In this document: positions 1 to 12,400 of the stretch, one piece after another | Position numbering within the stretch: position 1 is the stretch's first letter | How the letters are laid out: each line of letters starts with the position of its first letter | Virus record (IMG/VR): IMGVR_UViG_3300040985_001415 | Location: 1 to 30,044 of that record | Strand: one strand, 5' to 3' | DNA length: 30,044 nt | From: a virus | Taxonomy: Duplodnaviria > Caudoviricetes | Notes under the pieces: generated by a model | What the model was told of the DNA's origin: nothing | Seen by the model: only the letters and a program-made list of their open reading frames with translations | Database searches by the model: none | Translations under genes and position numbers: made by a program

Positions 1-39
1 GTAAGATCGTCGGCAGCGTCAGATGTGTATAAGAGACAG
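1..39 (+). other. Untrimmed Illumina Nextera adapter (library artefact)
   Basis: 7-39 is exactly TCGTCGGCAGCGTC-AGATGTGTATAAGAGACAG (Nextera read-1 adapter plus Tn5 mosaic end). 1-6 GTAAGA matches the 3' end of i5 index S517 (GCGTAAGA). Confidence 0.97.
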
Positions 40-41
40 AC

Positions 42-1079
42 ATTGAGCGGTTCTTGGAAACGAAAGACCTCAAGGCAGATGAGCGGCAGTTTTATCTGAA
101 CCAACTTCAGAAGCTTCAACAGCAAGTAAATCTTGAGCGCCGCGATGACCAGAATATCCGCGACAGGGTTATGGGTGGCGCTCGCGATTTACAAGACAGA
201 CTTGAGCGTGTCGCCGCAGGATTGGGTGACATCCCAGAGGTTCCTGTTCTGACCCGCGACATGATCGACGCCGAGACAGCCCGCCGTCAAGGCGAGTATC
301 AGCAAGACGTGGACAGAGCCGCGACAGCCATGGCCTCAGTTGGCGAGGCTGACCTGATCCGCAGTGGCATGGATTTAAGCACGACAGGTACAAACAGACG
401 TGGCGACATCACTGGCCGTATTGCTGACGCATATCGCGGGGCTAGAAACGCGGCTTACGACGACGCAATGAAATACATCACTGGCGTGACAGGTTCGATG
501 GCGTCCAATAGGAACGACATAATGAACCGCCGCAATGCCATCCTTACAGAGGAGCAGGGAATTGGCGCAACGGAACTTGGCTATTTGAATAACCTACCAA
601 ATGTAAGAAGCGCAACTGGCCCAATGGAACTGGCTCTTAATGCTCCAACCGCCTCATACGACAGAGCCGTTACTAGCGCTAGTTACCAGTCTCCTGTCAC
701 GCTTACCTCTGCGCTTTATGACGGCGGTTCGCTCCCTTCAAGCCTTGGCGCAAATTTACAGCCGCGTTCAGCCGCTTCAACTCAGGGCTTCAACATCTCC
801 TCTGGTACTTTGAAGCCGTACCCACTGACATTGGATAGTCCTGCGTCTTATCTTACGGATGCAAGGGGCGCTGAGAATAGAATGTTATCTTCACTGGCTG
901 GCGAGCGCAATCGGAACCTTGGTACAGTGGATGCCTTCTCGGATAACCTCGGCGACTTCACAAGCAAACTTGGCGCAGACTTGGATGAGATTATGACAGA
1001 CAAATACGACGGAAGCTTTGGGCAGATGTGGGGATCAAGACCAAAATGGCTCGGCGGCGCAGGAGGCTGGTATGATTAA
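42..1079 (+). CDS. Putative internal virion/ejection protein, 5'-truncated
   Basis: Frame is open from the adapter junction, so TTG 54 is probably not the true start. Q/R/A-rich helical N-half and S/G/A-rich C-half; first of three large co-oriented genes before the lysis cassette. Function is inferred from position. Confidence 0.55.
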   Translation: MERFLETKDLKADERQFYLNQLQKLQQQVNLERRDDQNIRDRVMGGARDLQDRLERVAAGLGDIPEVPVLTRDMIDAETARRQGEYQQDVDRAATAMASVGEADLIRSGMDLSTTGTNRRGDITGRIADAYRGARNAAYDDAMKYITGVTGSMASNRNDIMNRRNAILTEEQGIGATELGYLNNLPNVRSATGPMELALNAPTASYDRAVTSASYQSPVTLTSALYDGGSLPSSLGANLQPRSAASTQGFNISSGTLKPYPLTLDSPASYLTDARGAENRMLSSLAGERNRNLGTVDAFSDNLGDFTSKLGADLDEIMTDKYDGSFGQMWGSRPKWLGGAGGWYD

Positions 1080-3324
1080 TTTTAACAGGGCTTACGGCTC
1101 TTTCCGCAAAGGTCAGGACGACCTAAGTCGTAAACGCCGCGAAATTGCTCAAGCCTTCACCGAGTTCAAGTCCGCCAATCCATACGCCAACATGGATGAC
1201 TTCCAATACTTCATCGACAGCAATGTTGATTTGGGTATGGGCAGTAACTACTTGCGCGGTGGAGCGCCCTCACGACAGATATTGGATAAGATCGCGGGCG
1301 AAAACGAACAGAACCGTGTCCGCGCAGAGAAGAAAAAGGTGCTTGCGGACAGCATTGAACAAGGTGAATTTTCTGGCAGACTTCAAGGCGCAGCCGACAA
1401 ATTGCTACTTGAAAATAATGGCGACACAAACAAAACAATGGCAGCGTTGAGGGGTATGTTCGGAGATAGAATTGACTATGGCGCTCTTGGGATTACTGAT
1501 AATTACATCGGGAAACGTTACGATGAGCTTATTCAAACAAGGCTTCAAGACCCTACAAACATTACTAATTTGACAGGTTATCTGAACGCTCTTTCCCTCA
1601 GTGAGTTAGAAAATCTGGACGGATCACAACTCAAGGGCATCTTTGATCTGCCCGAAGATACGTCTGATACTCATCTACAGTCAGCGCTTGCAAGAGCCAA
1701 AGAGGCGAAACAAACCAAGCAACTGGCACAAAACAAAGAGATCATGGCAATGGTCGAGGCGGCTGCTGAAAGAGGTGACACGAAAGTAACAACGGTCATC
1801 CGAAATTATTTTGGAGGCGGAAGTATTACCGATGACAGGTTTGCTGAACTTACCAAAAACATGGACTTTAAAGCGTATCAAGACCGCGCTGATAAAATTG
1901 TTTCGGACAGAAAGGAAGCAACATATTCGTCGGCTGCGATAAAGTTTAATAATTTGACGAACACGCTTCGCAACCGTCCAGACTTTAAAGGGTATATCAG
2001 GGCTAACGATAAAGCCTCCGCGCTCGCCATACTTGTGAACGAGATACAATCTGGCGCGATGACCCCGTCCGAGGTGACTGAATTTTTTGGTGGGGATGGT
2101 GTCGCCGCTACCAACGCCAAGATAGCCCAAGAATTTGACATGGTTTACACGGCAATGGAGCAAAATCAGATCGGTGATCTGGTCGCAAAACGTAGTCAGG
2201 AAATAGCCAACGCAGGGGAAAGAAGCATTGCAGAAGCAGCAGATAACGTCGCTCGTATGCAAAAGATGCTCACCTTGTCGTTCGATAAAGATGTCGCAGA
2301 CGCCATAGGAAGTATGCTTGGCGGCCAATACCGCGCTGATCAAGTTACGAGAGGTAAGATTTTGCGGGCTGCGGCGGTGGCAAATGACTTCAGGAATGAA
2401 AATGAAGCCGCAACACCTGAACAGCTACTTCAGAAAATGCAGGAGGTTATGGGCGCTCCAGACCTGAGAGAATACATCGACGCAAAAATTCAAAACCGTT
2501 TGGAAAACATGCCATCAGAACTGATGACGATGGACGAATATCAACAAAAAGAGTTGGAAGATTTAGCCGCATCAGATGAAGCCGAAGCAACATTAATCGA
2601 CAACTTGAATAAAGACCTCAACGATGCCAAGACAATAGATGAGGCCAAGCTTATCATTGAAAAGGCAAAGGCAGAGAAAGAGCGCTTAAAACTTTGGGAA
2701 ACTCTGAACGCAAAACAGCAGGGTATGGCGGAAAGTTCTGCGTGGGGCACTGATGACGGCAATCCAATAGGCTGGCTTAAAGCTGGGAACGAGCTAGACC
2801 CCACAGTTTTCGGGGGCATTAATAAACAAATCAGTGTGTCGGCAGGAAACTTCACGAACAAGCTTGATTACTTAATCTCTATCGCGGAAACAAAAATTAC
2901 GTCTCTGGAATTGGACGCAGCGGAAGCCGCCGCCGAAGCGCCAGAAACCGAGCCATTCCGTAACCCAGATGAGAGCGCTGCGTATAACGAATGGGTGAGC
3001 CGTTGGCAAAGAGGTGAGGTCGGATCAAATCTCAAAACAGCGATCAGGGGGAAAAGTGTGCTTAATCCTATACCTACGGCGGTGAGAGACAACTTTATGC
3101 TTACTGAAAGTGAAAAAGAACGCCGCCAAGCCGTCGAAGATTGGGCATATGAAGACGATACTTGGGAAAGGTTGAAACAATACGGCAACCTTCTGAAAGG
3201 CAACCAGTTCCACGAAGAACAATTTAGAAATATCCATGATTATAACATTTTGCTGCAAGACCTCGAAAAGATGACTGCTGACGAACTTGGCGCAAAATAT
3301 ACCCCAATCTTTGAGAGCTTATAG
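1072..3324 (+). CDS. Putative internal virion protein (750 aa, helical)
   Basis: AGGAGG at 1061-1066 precedes ATG 1072 (MINFNRAYG), which overlaps the upstream gene end. Acidic, A/E/K-rich helical composition; lies directly before the giant gene. Confidence 0.6.
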   Translation: MINFNRAYGSFRKGQDDLSRKRREIAQAFTEFKSANPYANMDDFQYFIDSNVDLGMGSNYLRGGAPSRQILDKIAGENEQNRVRAEKKKVLADSIEQGEFSGRLQGAADKLLLENNGDTNKTMAALRGMFGDRIDYGALGITDNYIGKRYDELIQTRLQDPTNITNLTGYLNALSLSELENLDGSQLKGIFDLPEDTSDTHLQSALARAKEAKQTKQLAQNKEIMAMVEAAAERGDTKVTTVIRNYFGGGSITDDRFAELTKNMDFKAYQDRADKIVSDRKEATYSSAAIKFNNLTNTLRNRPDFKGYIRANDKASALAILVNEIQSGAMTPSEVTEFFGGDGVAATNAKIAQEFDMVYTAMEQNQIGDLVAKRSQEIANAGERSIAEAADNVARMQKMLTLSFDKDVADAIGSMLGGQYRADQVTRGKILRAAAVANDFRNENEAATPEQLLQKMQEVMGAPDLREYIDAKIQNRLENMPSELMTMDEYQQKELEDLAASDEAEATLIDNLNKDLNDAKTIDEAKLIIEKAKAEKERLKLWETLNAKQQGMAESSAWGTDDGNPIGWLKAGNELDPTVFGGINKQISVSAGNFTNKLDYLISIAETKITSLELDAAEAAAEAPETEPFRNPDESAAYNEWVSRWQRGEVGSNLKTAIRGKSVLNPIPTAVRDNFMLTESEKERRQAVEDWAYEDDTWERLKQYGNLLKGNQFHEEQFRNIHDYNILLQDLEKMTADELGAKYTPIFESL

Positions 3325-3355
3325 CAACGCCAGTAAGGACGACCCTGCACGACAG

Positions 3356-3394
3356 CCAGTTTACGATTAGGCAAAAGCCTTTCGGAAACTGGAG
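3356..3394 (+). promoter_or_regulatory. Stem-loop overlapping the Shine-Dalgarno of the giant gene
   Basis: CCAGTTT(3356-62)/AAACTGG(3386-92), CGA/TCG and AGGC-AAAA-GCCT. The SD GGAG is at 3391-94. Confidence 0.5.
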
Positions 3395-3402
3395 TACCGT
3401 TA

Positions 3403-6400
3403 ATGGTCATTAAGATTTCAGACGTTCAATACAATAACCCCTTGCCCACCGAAACAGGTGGGACAGCCTACACAAATAGCAACGTCCTCAAAGACCCGAA
3501 GTTCTTACAAGACCTTCGCGACTATTACGCAAGCAAAGGGGCTAGTGTCACGCTCCTGCGCGACGATGAGCTTATTGACAAGTTCTACTCCGATCAAACT
3601 TGGTCTGACTTCAACTTTATCTCTGCTGGCAGAGATGCCCTTGAGGCCGCATCGGCAAACGAAGAAGAAAAAGCCCGCCTGAACCGTTTGCGCGGTGCAT
3701 GGACCTCCCTGCCGATGTTCTTCCAAGAGGGCGGTCGTGGCTTCTGGGCCGCCGCAGGAGACGCAACAGGTGCGATCCTTGCAGACCCGACCAACCTAAT
3801 CCCTGTCGCTGGCGCTTACGCCAAAGGCGCAAACGCTGCGCGTGTCGCAGCAGCCCAAGGCAAAAACGCACTCCGCGCTGGCATAACCCAAGGCGCGAAG
3901 ACAGGCGCGAAGGGCGAAGCGGTCATCTCTGGCCTACAAGAGGGCTTGCTCAACACAGCTTCCCAAGCCCGCGACGTACAGCTTGGCCTTCAAGACAACT
4001 TCTCTGCTGGCCAACTCGCTGGTTCCACAGCGCTTGGCGCTACTCTCGGCGCTGGTGTGGGTGGTGTCTTGGGTGGTGTTGCGGGTGGTGTCGCGTCCCG
4101 CACAGGCGCACAGCAAGCAACTGATCTGGCGCGTGTCGGATATTCTCCCGACGAAATATCGGGCATGTCCAATCAACAAGCAAAGGAACTCATCCCAGAT
4201 GAGATGCCCGCAGGGGTGATAACGCCCCCGCCCTCTGTTCAAGAAGCGGCTACGCCAGAAGAACAACTCTCGGCGCTTGAGGTTTCACTAACTGATGATG
4301 AAGCAAGGCTGCAAGAAATTCTTGCAGACATTGATGAAGAAATTAAAACGAAGCAATCACAACCTGAGACTACTCCACAAACTCTTGAGGAACTGAAGGC
4401 AAGACAGGATGAAGCCAGACGATTACTGTCAATGCCCGCTCGTATTCGCAAACATGCGGAAATAATCAAGCTCGGAGAGAACAACGATGTCAGCGCCGTG
4501 GAAAAGCATGCCGCTGTCGTCAGTCAATTTAATAAAGACCTCAACGCATTTCGCAGAATTATAGCAATTGTAGAACGCGGCGAAGACCCCGAAGAAGCTC
4601 GCCTGTTGATAGATGAGATACTGGCGTTACCAGCGCCAGCAAGGGGTGTCGATGCTGGCGAGCAATCTCCTCCCCCAAGCTCTGCCTCCGACACAGAGGG
4701 AGCGTCGGATGGAACTGCTCGGCCTTCCGATGCTCCCTCTTCAGAAAAAATTGAGGAGGATGCTGAAAGCCTCTTAGATGAAGCAGAGTTGCGAGAAGCC
4801 TTCGCCACAGGCGGTGAGCTAGACGACGTTCCATTCGCGAATGAAGATCAGGCAAGCAGGGTGCGCAAAATTCTTGCTGACGCTGGGCTGTCAGAAAAAG
4901 ACATGGCGCGTGATATTGATGACGGTCGTCTTTCGGTTGGCGCACGCGGCAAGGTCACAAATCTAACCATTCGTGACCTAAAGAAACTGATCCGTTCAAG
5001 ACGGCAAGCCGAGGCTGGCGACGCAGCGGAAGCTGTCGTGGACGACACGACCGAGGCTGTCGTGAGCGAAACCCCCCAGGGCACGACACGCGGGCAGGAA
5101 ATCTTTGCGGGCGACGACCCTACCGTTTACAATGATCTAGCTCGTGTCATGGAAGAGTTCGGCGAGACAGGAGACCTGCCAACAGATAAACTGCGCAAAG
5201 CCATCGACGCGCACGTTCGCGGCAACGAGGATATTACATCCTCGCCCGAAGATGTTGTGGACTTATTTGATTTTATTGACGAAGCAAGCAGAAAGCTAAA
5301 AGCGGAAACTCCATTTACTAAAACAGAAATGTCTCGCATTCGCGCCAAGGCAGCTTCAATAAGAAAATCTACCCCCGCCCTCGATGCCGAAACCGCCTTA
5401 GAGATGGCAAAAGTTGCCGAACTAAAAACTCGCGGCATGCCATCAAAGTCTCCCACTCGCGGAACTGGTGATGCCATTGAGCGGGCGCAGGGTTACAGCC
5501 GCGACATCAGAGGCAAGTCAAACACTGGCAAAATACAATCATTCCTGCGCCGCAACATGCCAATCAGTAAGGGCAGCGATTACACAACATTTGCAAAAGA
5601 TCGTGTTAGCAGGGGTAGCTTCGGGCGTGAAGAGGCAGCCGCACGAGCCGATCAGCAGTACAATCCTGAAGCTCCGTCTAAGGAAGACCGCATTCAGCAA
5701 GTCTTGCAGCGCTTGCGGGGGGTTGAGCCAGAAACAACAAGCGAAGAAGACCTTCTCAAAAGAGCAGAAGAGATTGTCGAAAAGAATACGGTAGATAAAA
5801 GCGGCATCGTTGAGTACGTCACGACAGGCCGCGAGATTATTTACACCTCAGACGGCAGAAAAACGGAAGTTGGGACAGGCACGACAGCATTTTTTGATGT
5901 CGTGACCAGACAAGCCTACGACAGTAAAGAGTATGCTCTTAAAGCCCGCCCCGACAACCACAGCCGCAAGACAATCGAAGCCGATGAAGTTGGCGGGCTG
6001 ATGCCCGCGACAAAGAAGTCCGATGTCTTGGCATTGTTTGATCAGTTTGGGAATGACCCCGAAGCATTTGTAAAGGCGCTGCAAGCTCGTAATCGTGGCG
6101 AGGATGTCAGCGCACCAACCGCTCCCGACATTCCTTTAGAGCGCGGCACAAAACTCCTCATCATCCGTTCAAAGAATGACCCGAAGATCGTGCGTATGAT
6201 TTCGCCAAAGCAAGCGAAGAACGGGGGAGATGTTCACACTCTGATTGGCAAATCGGGCACACCAGACGACTGGGAAATTCGCTACGCGCCGAGGGAAAAC
6301 TTTACTGTTCTGAAGAGAGAGCTTCGCGAGATTTTCGATACATTACCAGAAGGCGAAGGCACGGACGGTATTCTCCCCGAAGCTGGCTTTGCGACTGGCA

Positions 6401-9400
6401 TTGGCCGCGCAATGACACAAACCGAAGCGGGCGAAGTCAAAGTCGATATGAACAAGCTCACAGATGAAGAGCTTGAAGCAATCTCCACGGCTTATGGCGG
6501 TATTGATCCAGAAAAGTTGGTTAAACTAGAGGTAACTCTGGACCGTATTCATTTCGCGATTAGACAGCTTGAAATCACCAAGTGGAAGGATCACATTTCC
6601 GATCACATGGTGGTTGCCAATAAAATTGCGCTTCTAAACCGCTTAGTGGAAAAACTTGCGCCAATGGGCATTGAGTTGCCAAATGTTGCACGGGCGGAAA
6701 GCGTTGTAAGTCTCCAGCAAACACTCAGCAACCTTGGCTCTGACGAAATCAAAATAGCGGAAGAAGTTATTCGTGATCTGGGCGGCGACCCCCGCATTGG
6801 CCCACGTTTCACTGAACAAGAAGGTAAAGCAGCGGAGGGTTCGCTCGATATTATCGAGAATAATATATCGCTGCTTCAACGTCCGCTTGGTGAAGATAAA
6901 AAATTGCGGATTACCCCACCGCTTGTAACTTTTTTCCACGAAATCGGTCACTGGTCGTACTTTAATATTCTGACACCAAAAGACCGTGCCGAATTTTGGG
7001 AACTAACTCAGAAATTTTATGGCGAAAGCCACGGGCAAATACAAAAGCTTCGTATCCAAGACGCCTCTCCGCGCTTCGATAAAACACAGGCGACCAACCA
7101 AGCAGCGATCTCACCGCAGGAATTTTTTGCACAGCAATTTGAGCTTTACGTCACACGAAATCGCGCATCTCAAATTTTAGACGAGAAGTATTGGCAGCGC
7201 GTCTTGCGATACGTCAAGAACATCTTTGATCGGTACGTCAAAGGTGTTCCAATTGATAACGACTTAGAGCCACTCTTCGCAAAAATTCTGCCCGATGGTG
7301 AGAACACCAAGTTTATGACGGCGCGGGCAGATTTAAAAGGTAACAAAGCAGGGCAAGCATATGCGTCTCGTTATGATCAGCTTTCAGCTATTGAGAAATC
7401 TTTTGAGGAGGCGGTTGCCGCCGATAGCGCGGACGCGATAATCAACGCCGCGACAGAGCTTGCGTTGCAACTGCGCAGCTTGTTCCCCCGCGTTGGATAT
7501 GCGGCCAAGACAGGGACATCAGGGGCGTTACGACCACTGGTCCGTCATAGGAAGGTGGCGCTTCAGCGACTGGCTGATATAGATGAAATTCTTGGCACAA
7601 GAATGGGTATCGAGAACGATGTAGATGGAGACAGTTTACGTCAGTATTACGATGATGGTCTGTCAGCGATTGCTGATCCAGAGCCTATCGCAGATTTACT
7701 GAAACAGGTTTATTTCCACGGGTACTCTATGGGCTGGCGTCCGCTCAAAGGAATGCCCGCGCAAGTCACCGAAAAGAACATCAAAAAATCATCAGTAAAA
7801 ACCATTGTGAACGCAATAAAGCGGGCGCTTGAGGACAAAGTAATACAAGAAACAGGCGGGATGCCGTCGAACGCGACACCCAACCTTGATCCGAACGCGA
7901 CAAACTTCAGCAAGGTTAATGCGCCACGGAAAAAAGCCACGAAGGCTCAGAAACGGTCGAATAAAGCCATCGAGGCGGCTGCCGAAAACGTCACAAAAAC
8001 GCCAGCAACTAAGCGGTCACACACGAATGACAAGAACACCACGACAGTTGATCCTTCTCACGCAGCGGACTTGAAGGGCAAAGACTACTTTGAGCTACGC
8101 AAACTTTACGTGAAGCATCGTGGCACACCGCGTGGAGATCAGATTGCGTTTGAGCTTTTGGTCAAGAATAGAGCGCAGTCCCTGCCCGCAGAAAAAGTCA
8201 AGGTCACGAAGGAAATCAAGAACGCCAAGGGCGATGAGCTTGAGGCGATCCTTCTTAAATCACTCGGCAACGACAACGACACAGCCAAGATGGCGATTTG
8301 GGAAATCCGTCGCCGTCAAACCAACAAAGGTCTGAAGGCGGAGGGCAAGCCCCTCATTCGTGTCTCTCTTCTGCGCCGCAAACTAAACTCAGAAACCGCA
8401 GACAACATTGGCCTCGCACAGTCGGACGGTATCCCGCCAGCAGCCCGTGCAAGTGTACGTGAAATCTTGAGCTACATGACCCATCGCGATCCGCAAACGC
8501 AATACGCTTTGCGCACGATGACGTATCGTATGTTTAACCTCTTGGGCAAGACACAGCGTGAGGCTCTTGAAGACACAAACATACTCTCGCTCGACGACGT
8601 GGCCAAAATTGCAGGGGTCGAACCTTCATCTGACGCGACAAGCGGCTTTGCAGATTTCCGTCACCCCGATTTCAAGAGAATGCGCTCTGATCTGCGCCGC
8701 ATGACTATTGGTCTGACTAAAGGGAAGTCGTCACCTCTGCAAGTGATGCACGAAGTGGCTCATATGGTCGTCAGATCAGGCTCGTTGGAACGTCAAGACA
8801 TGGACGCGATACGCGAGGCGTATCGCCTGTCTACAGACAACACTAAGAAGCGCATCCAATCCGCCTATTCTGGCAAATACTCTGACACAGTGTTGGAGCC
8901 GCTTGAGGACAAGCTCGCAGAAGAGTGGTTCGCTGAAAGCCTTGCCGAATACATGGCTGATCGGGTCACAAAGGGTGGCGTTCTTGAAGGCGCACTGGAA
9001 AAAAATCTCGGAAACTTGCGCCTGAAAGGCGCGTTCTCTCAAGCACTGGATCGCGCACTCGAATACGTGGCCTATCTGATCAACGGACTGGTTGGTCGCA
9101 ATGATGTGAAGCAGCAGTTCCGCCGCCTGTTTCTATATGGCGACATGTTTGACAACCCGAACCGTCGTCCGATGGAAAGCGTACTAAGCCATCATCCAGC
9201 CGTACCCGCAGACCACGCACACGCCGCTGTCGTGGATCATATTGCCGCATCACCATCGGCACGGCTGGACAAGATCAGAAAGTTTGTCGCCAAAGGGCTG
9301 TCGTATGACGAAGAGAGTGACACTTTCATTGAATATTATCACGGCACACCAGTTGGCTTTAAGTTCGATAAGGATGCAGACCCGAATGTTGTTCTGGAGC

Positions 9401-12400
9401 CAAGCACAGACGGCCAGACAGGGCGTGGGGTGTACCTCACGACAAGCAGTTATATGGCAAATGGCGTCTATGCCCAAAACCCGACCTATAAAGCCATGGC
9501 TCGCCAAATTGATGAGCTTGTCAGCGCCGAGCAACTCTCCCCTGATGAAGGCCATCAGGCCGAATTGCTGGCTGAAGATTTATTCTATGTACGGAGATCG
9601 CTTTCCGAACATCGAAACAGGGCATCAACAGCAGCCCAGTTCTCACCGACTGGTGAAATCAAGGCAAGCGAAAAGCAAACTCTCGACGAATTATTTGAAG
9701 AGGCGGTGGACTTAACCCGCGCCCTTGAGGGTATGGGCGTCCGCTTTGACCCGATGGTTATTCCAACTTTTGTGCGGGTGCAGAACCCCATAGACTTCAG
9801 AAAAACATCTGTCTTTAAGCCAACTGACGAGGCGGCCCCAGCACAGATAAGAGCAATCCTGCATCACCCAGACATGATGCTATTCGCACGGCCTGATATG
9901 CTGGCGGGCGCAATTGAAAGGTTCTCCACCAGACAGGTATCTGGCGAAGAAGCCTACCACAACCTGAAGCGCCTCGTGCAGGAAGGAAACTTCAAAGGCA
10001 GGGGTCAACGGCCTCAGAATACACTGGTTGATATAATGGAGGATGTCGGAATTGATGGCATCCGCTCTACACACTACAACACAGCCCCGATTGAAGGCAC
10101 AGAAACCAACCCCTTCACGGGTGAAACCTACGAGGCATCCGCAACACAATTCGATGCTTTGACCGTCTTCAAAGCATCGAATGTTAAGCACGTCAACGCG
10201 GACGAATTTGACCAAAACGACACGCGCCTGTTTTACTCTCTCGATACTGCCCTCCCTCGTGGCATGACTGGCAGCCTCGTGATGAGTTTTGGCGACACGA
10301 AGCTCAACTCCACGACAGCCATCAGCGCGGGGGCTGTTGGTGAAGCTGCGGAGTTGCAAGGTGTAAGCGCACCCACGACATCCGCTATTATGTCGATGCT
10401 GCGGGGCAGAAAATTTGACGCCAAAGAAGAACAGGCTATGCGCAAGACATCGCCCGTGGCGTTTCTCCAGCGACAGTCTGAGCGCATGCAGGACATGGGC
10501 ATGAACTGGTTGGCTGATTGGTACAAGAACGTCTTCCCAGATGTCCATCAGCGCTTCGCAAAACAATACTTCCCAATCCATCACATGCTCCGCGCCCTGC
10601 CCGATGCAGACGGTAAGGTCAGATCGTGGGCGCGTCGCGCTTCTGCCAGTGCATTTCAGAGCCAACCCGACAGCTACAAGCGCATCGTCAAAGCTCTGCG
10701 ATATGGAAATAAGTCTCGCCAGTATTCAGCACTGACTGATCAGGAGAAGGGGGTCTGGGATAAAATACGCACAACCCTCAACAACGAACGCCGCGCAATG
10801 ATCCGCATGGGTATGCGTATTGGTAATCGGGAAAACTATCTTCCCCAAGTCTGGGATGCAAAAAGTATAAGGAAAAACAAAGATGACTTTGTTCAGAAGA
10901 TGGCGCGTTATTTCGAATACGAAAGAGCGGATAGGGGTTTGGTGGATGATCAAGCGCGTGACCCTGCGGATTTGGCTGAAAACATGTATCTTCGGCTTAC
11001 GGAAGAAGGTGAAGGCGGCGCATTCATCCCTATGCAGGGCGGTTCCCGCGAACCTCAAATGGATGCTGCGCTGTCGCGGATCATCGAACTAGAGAAATAT
11101 CCTGCCATGATGAAGGAACTTGAAGATTATCTCGAAGGTGATCTCGAAGCTCTGCTCATCAAATACTTTGAAGGCTCAAGCCGCAAGATGGCTCATGCCG
11201 ACAAGCTCGGTGTGCGCGACCATGCTTTCTACGATTACATGGTTGCTTCGACAGGCGGTAAAGCTGGAATTGTCAAACTTCTCTCCACCAACAAAGAGTT
11301 TATGTTTGAGCGTCGCGCATTGTCAGACAGCGGTTTTGTGGAAAGCATCGCCTTGCGCGAGACAATACCCATGCCATTTGCGGGGCGTGAGGATTTGGCG
11401 AATGACTTCGTTGACAAACTAATTACGGAAGCAAACGGAGGTGGTGGCAGGGCTGCAATCATAAAAATGCTCGAAGATGTCGCGCCCAAAATCAACGGTA
11501 AAATTTCCGTAACATTCAAAAAACGTGCAGACGCAATCGCTGGCGCACTCACAGATTATAAAGGTAACAAGCCGTCCACGTCTCCAAAAGACATGGACTT
11601 TCTTGAGAACGCCATGCGTGTCGCGCAGAAAAAGCCGATGCACGGCAACCAGTCTGGCATGACGTTCAGCAAAACGATGAGGTCTTTCAACAACGTATCG
11701 CTCTTGAGTTTCACGACACTTACATCCTTGGGCGACGTCGCTCTGCCGATCATCCGATCTGGCTCCTTTACTGACTGGAGTAAAGGATTGGCAAACTGGA
11801 CGAAGGATAAGCACTACAAACAGTTCATCCACGACACTGGCGTGGCCATGGAAAATATCGTCCACGAAAGAATGGTTCATATGTACGGGGCTGTTGATAA
11901 TAAACTTTCAAACGCCTTTTTTAATATCACAATGCTAACACCTTGGACTGACTTAAACCGCCAGATCGGTGGTGCGACTGGCTTCGAGGCATTAAAGACA
12001 ATGCAGCGCCGAGCTAGAGATTACTATAAAGAAGGCGCGGACATGTCGGGTCAGCCCGTTCAATACAAAACTGCGGTTCGTTTCCTTAAAAACTACGGTC
12101 TGGGCGATTTCGCCTATCCACAAGGGGCGCACAAAGATGTAGACATTGGCGCGGCTGTGGGGGGCGAATTGAGTGATGAACAGGATCGTCTGGTGCGTAT
12201 GGGCATCATCAAGTTTGCTGATGACTGCATCTTCCAACCGAACCCCAACGACAACCCGCTTTGGGCACAGACACCATGGGGGGCTTTGGTAGCCCAACTT
12301 AAATCGTTCCCGTTGATGATGTCGCGCCTTACTGGCCATGTCTTCAAGGAAGCCGCGAAAGGAAACGTCAAACCTCTGATGTACTTCGCCACTCTTGGCC

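Noticed and set aside
21-39. Tn5 mosaic end as a transposon terminus
   Set aside because: It is embedded in the full Nextera adapter at the contig edge, and no transposase is present.
7615-7632. NDVDGD in the giant protein as an RNA polymerase DxDGD motif (virion RNAP)
   Set aside because: The context looks helical/acidic between the two zincin motifs, and I see no other double-psi-barrel or T7/N4-type polymerase motifs. A structure prediction would settle it.
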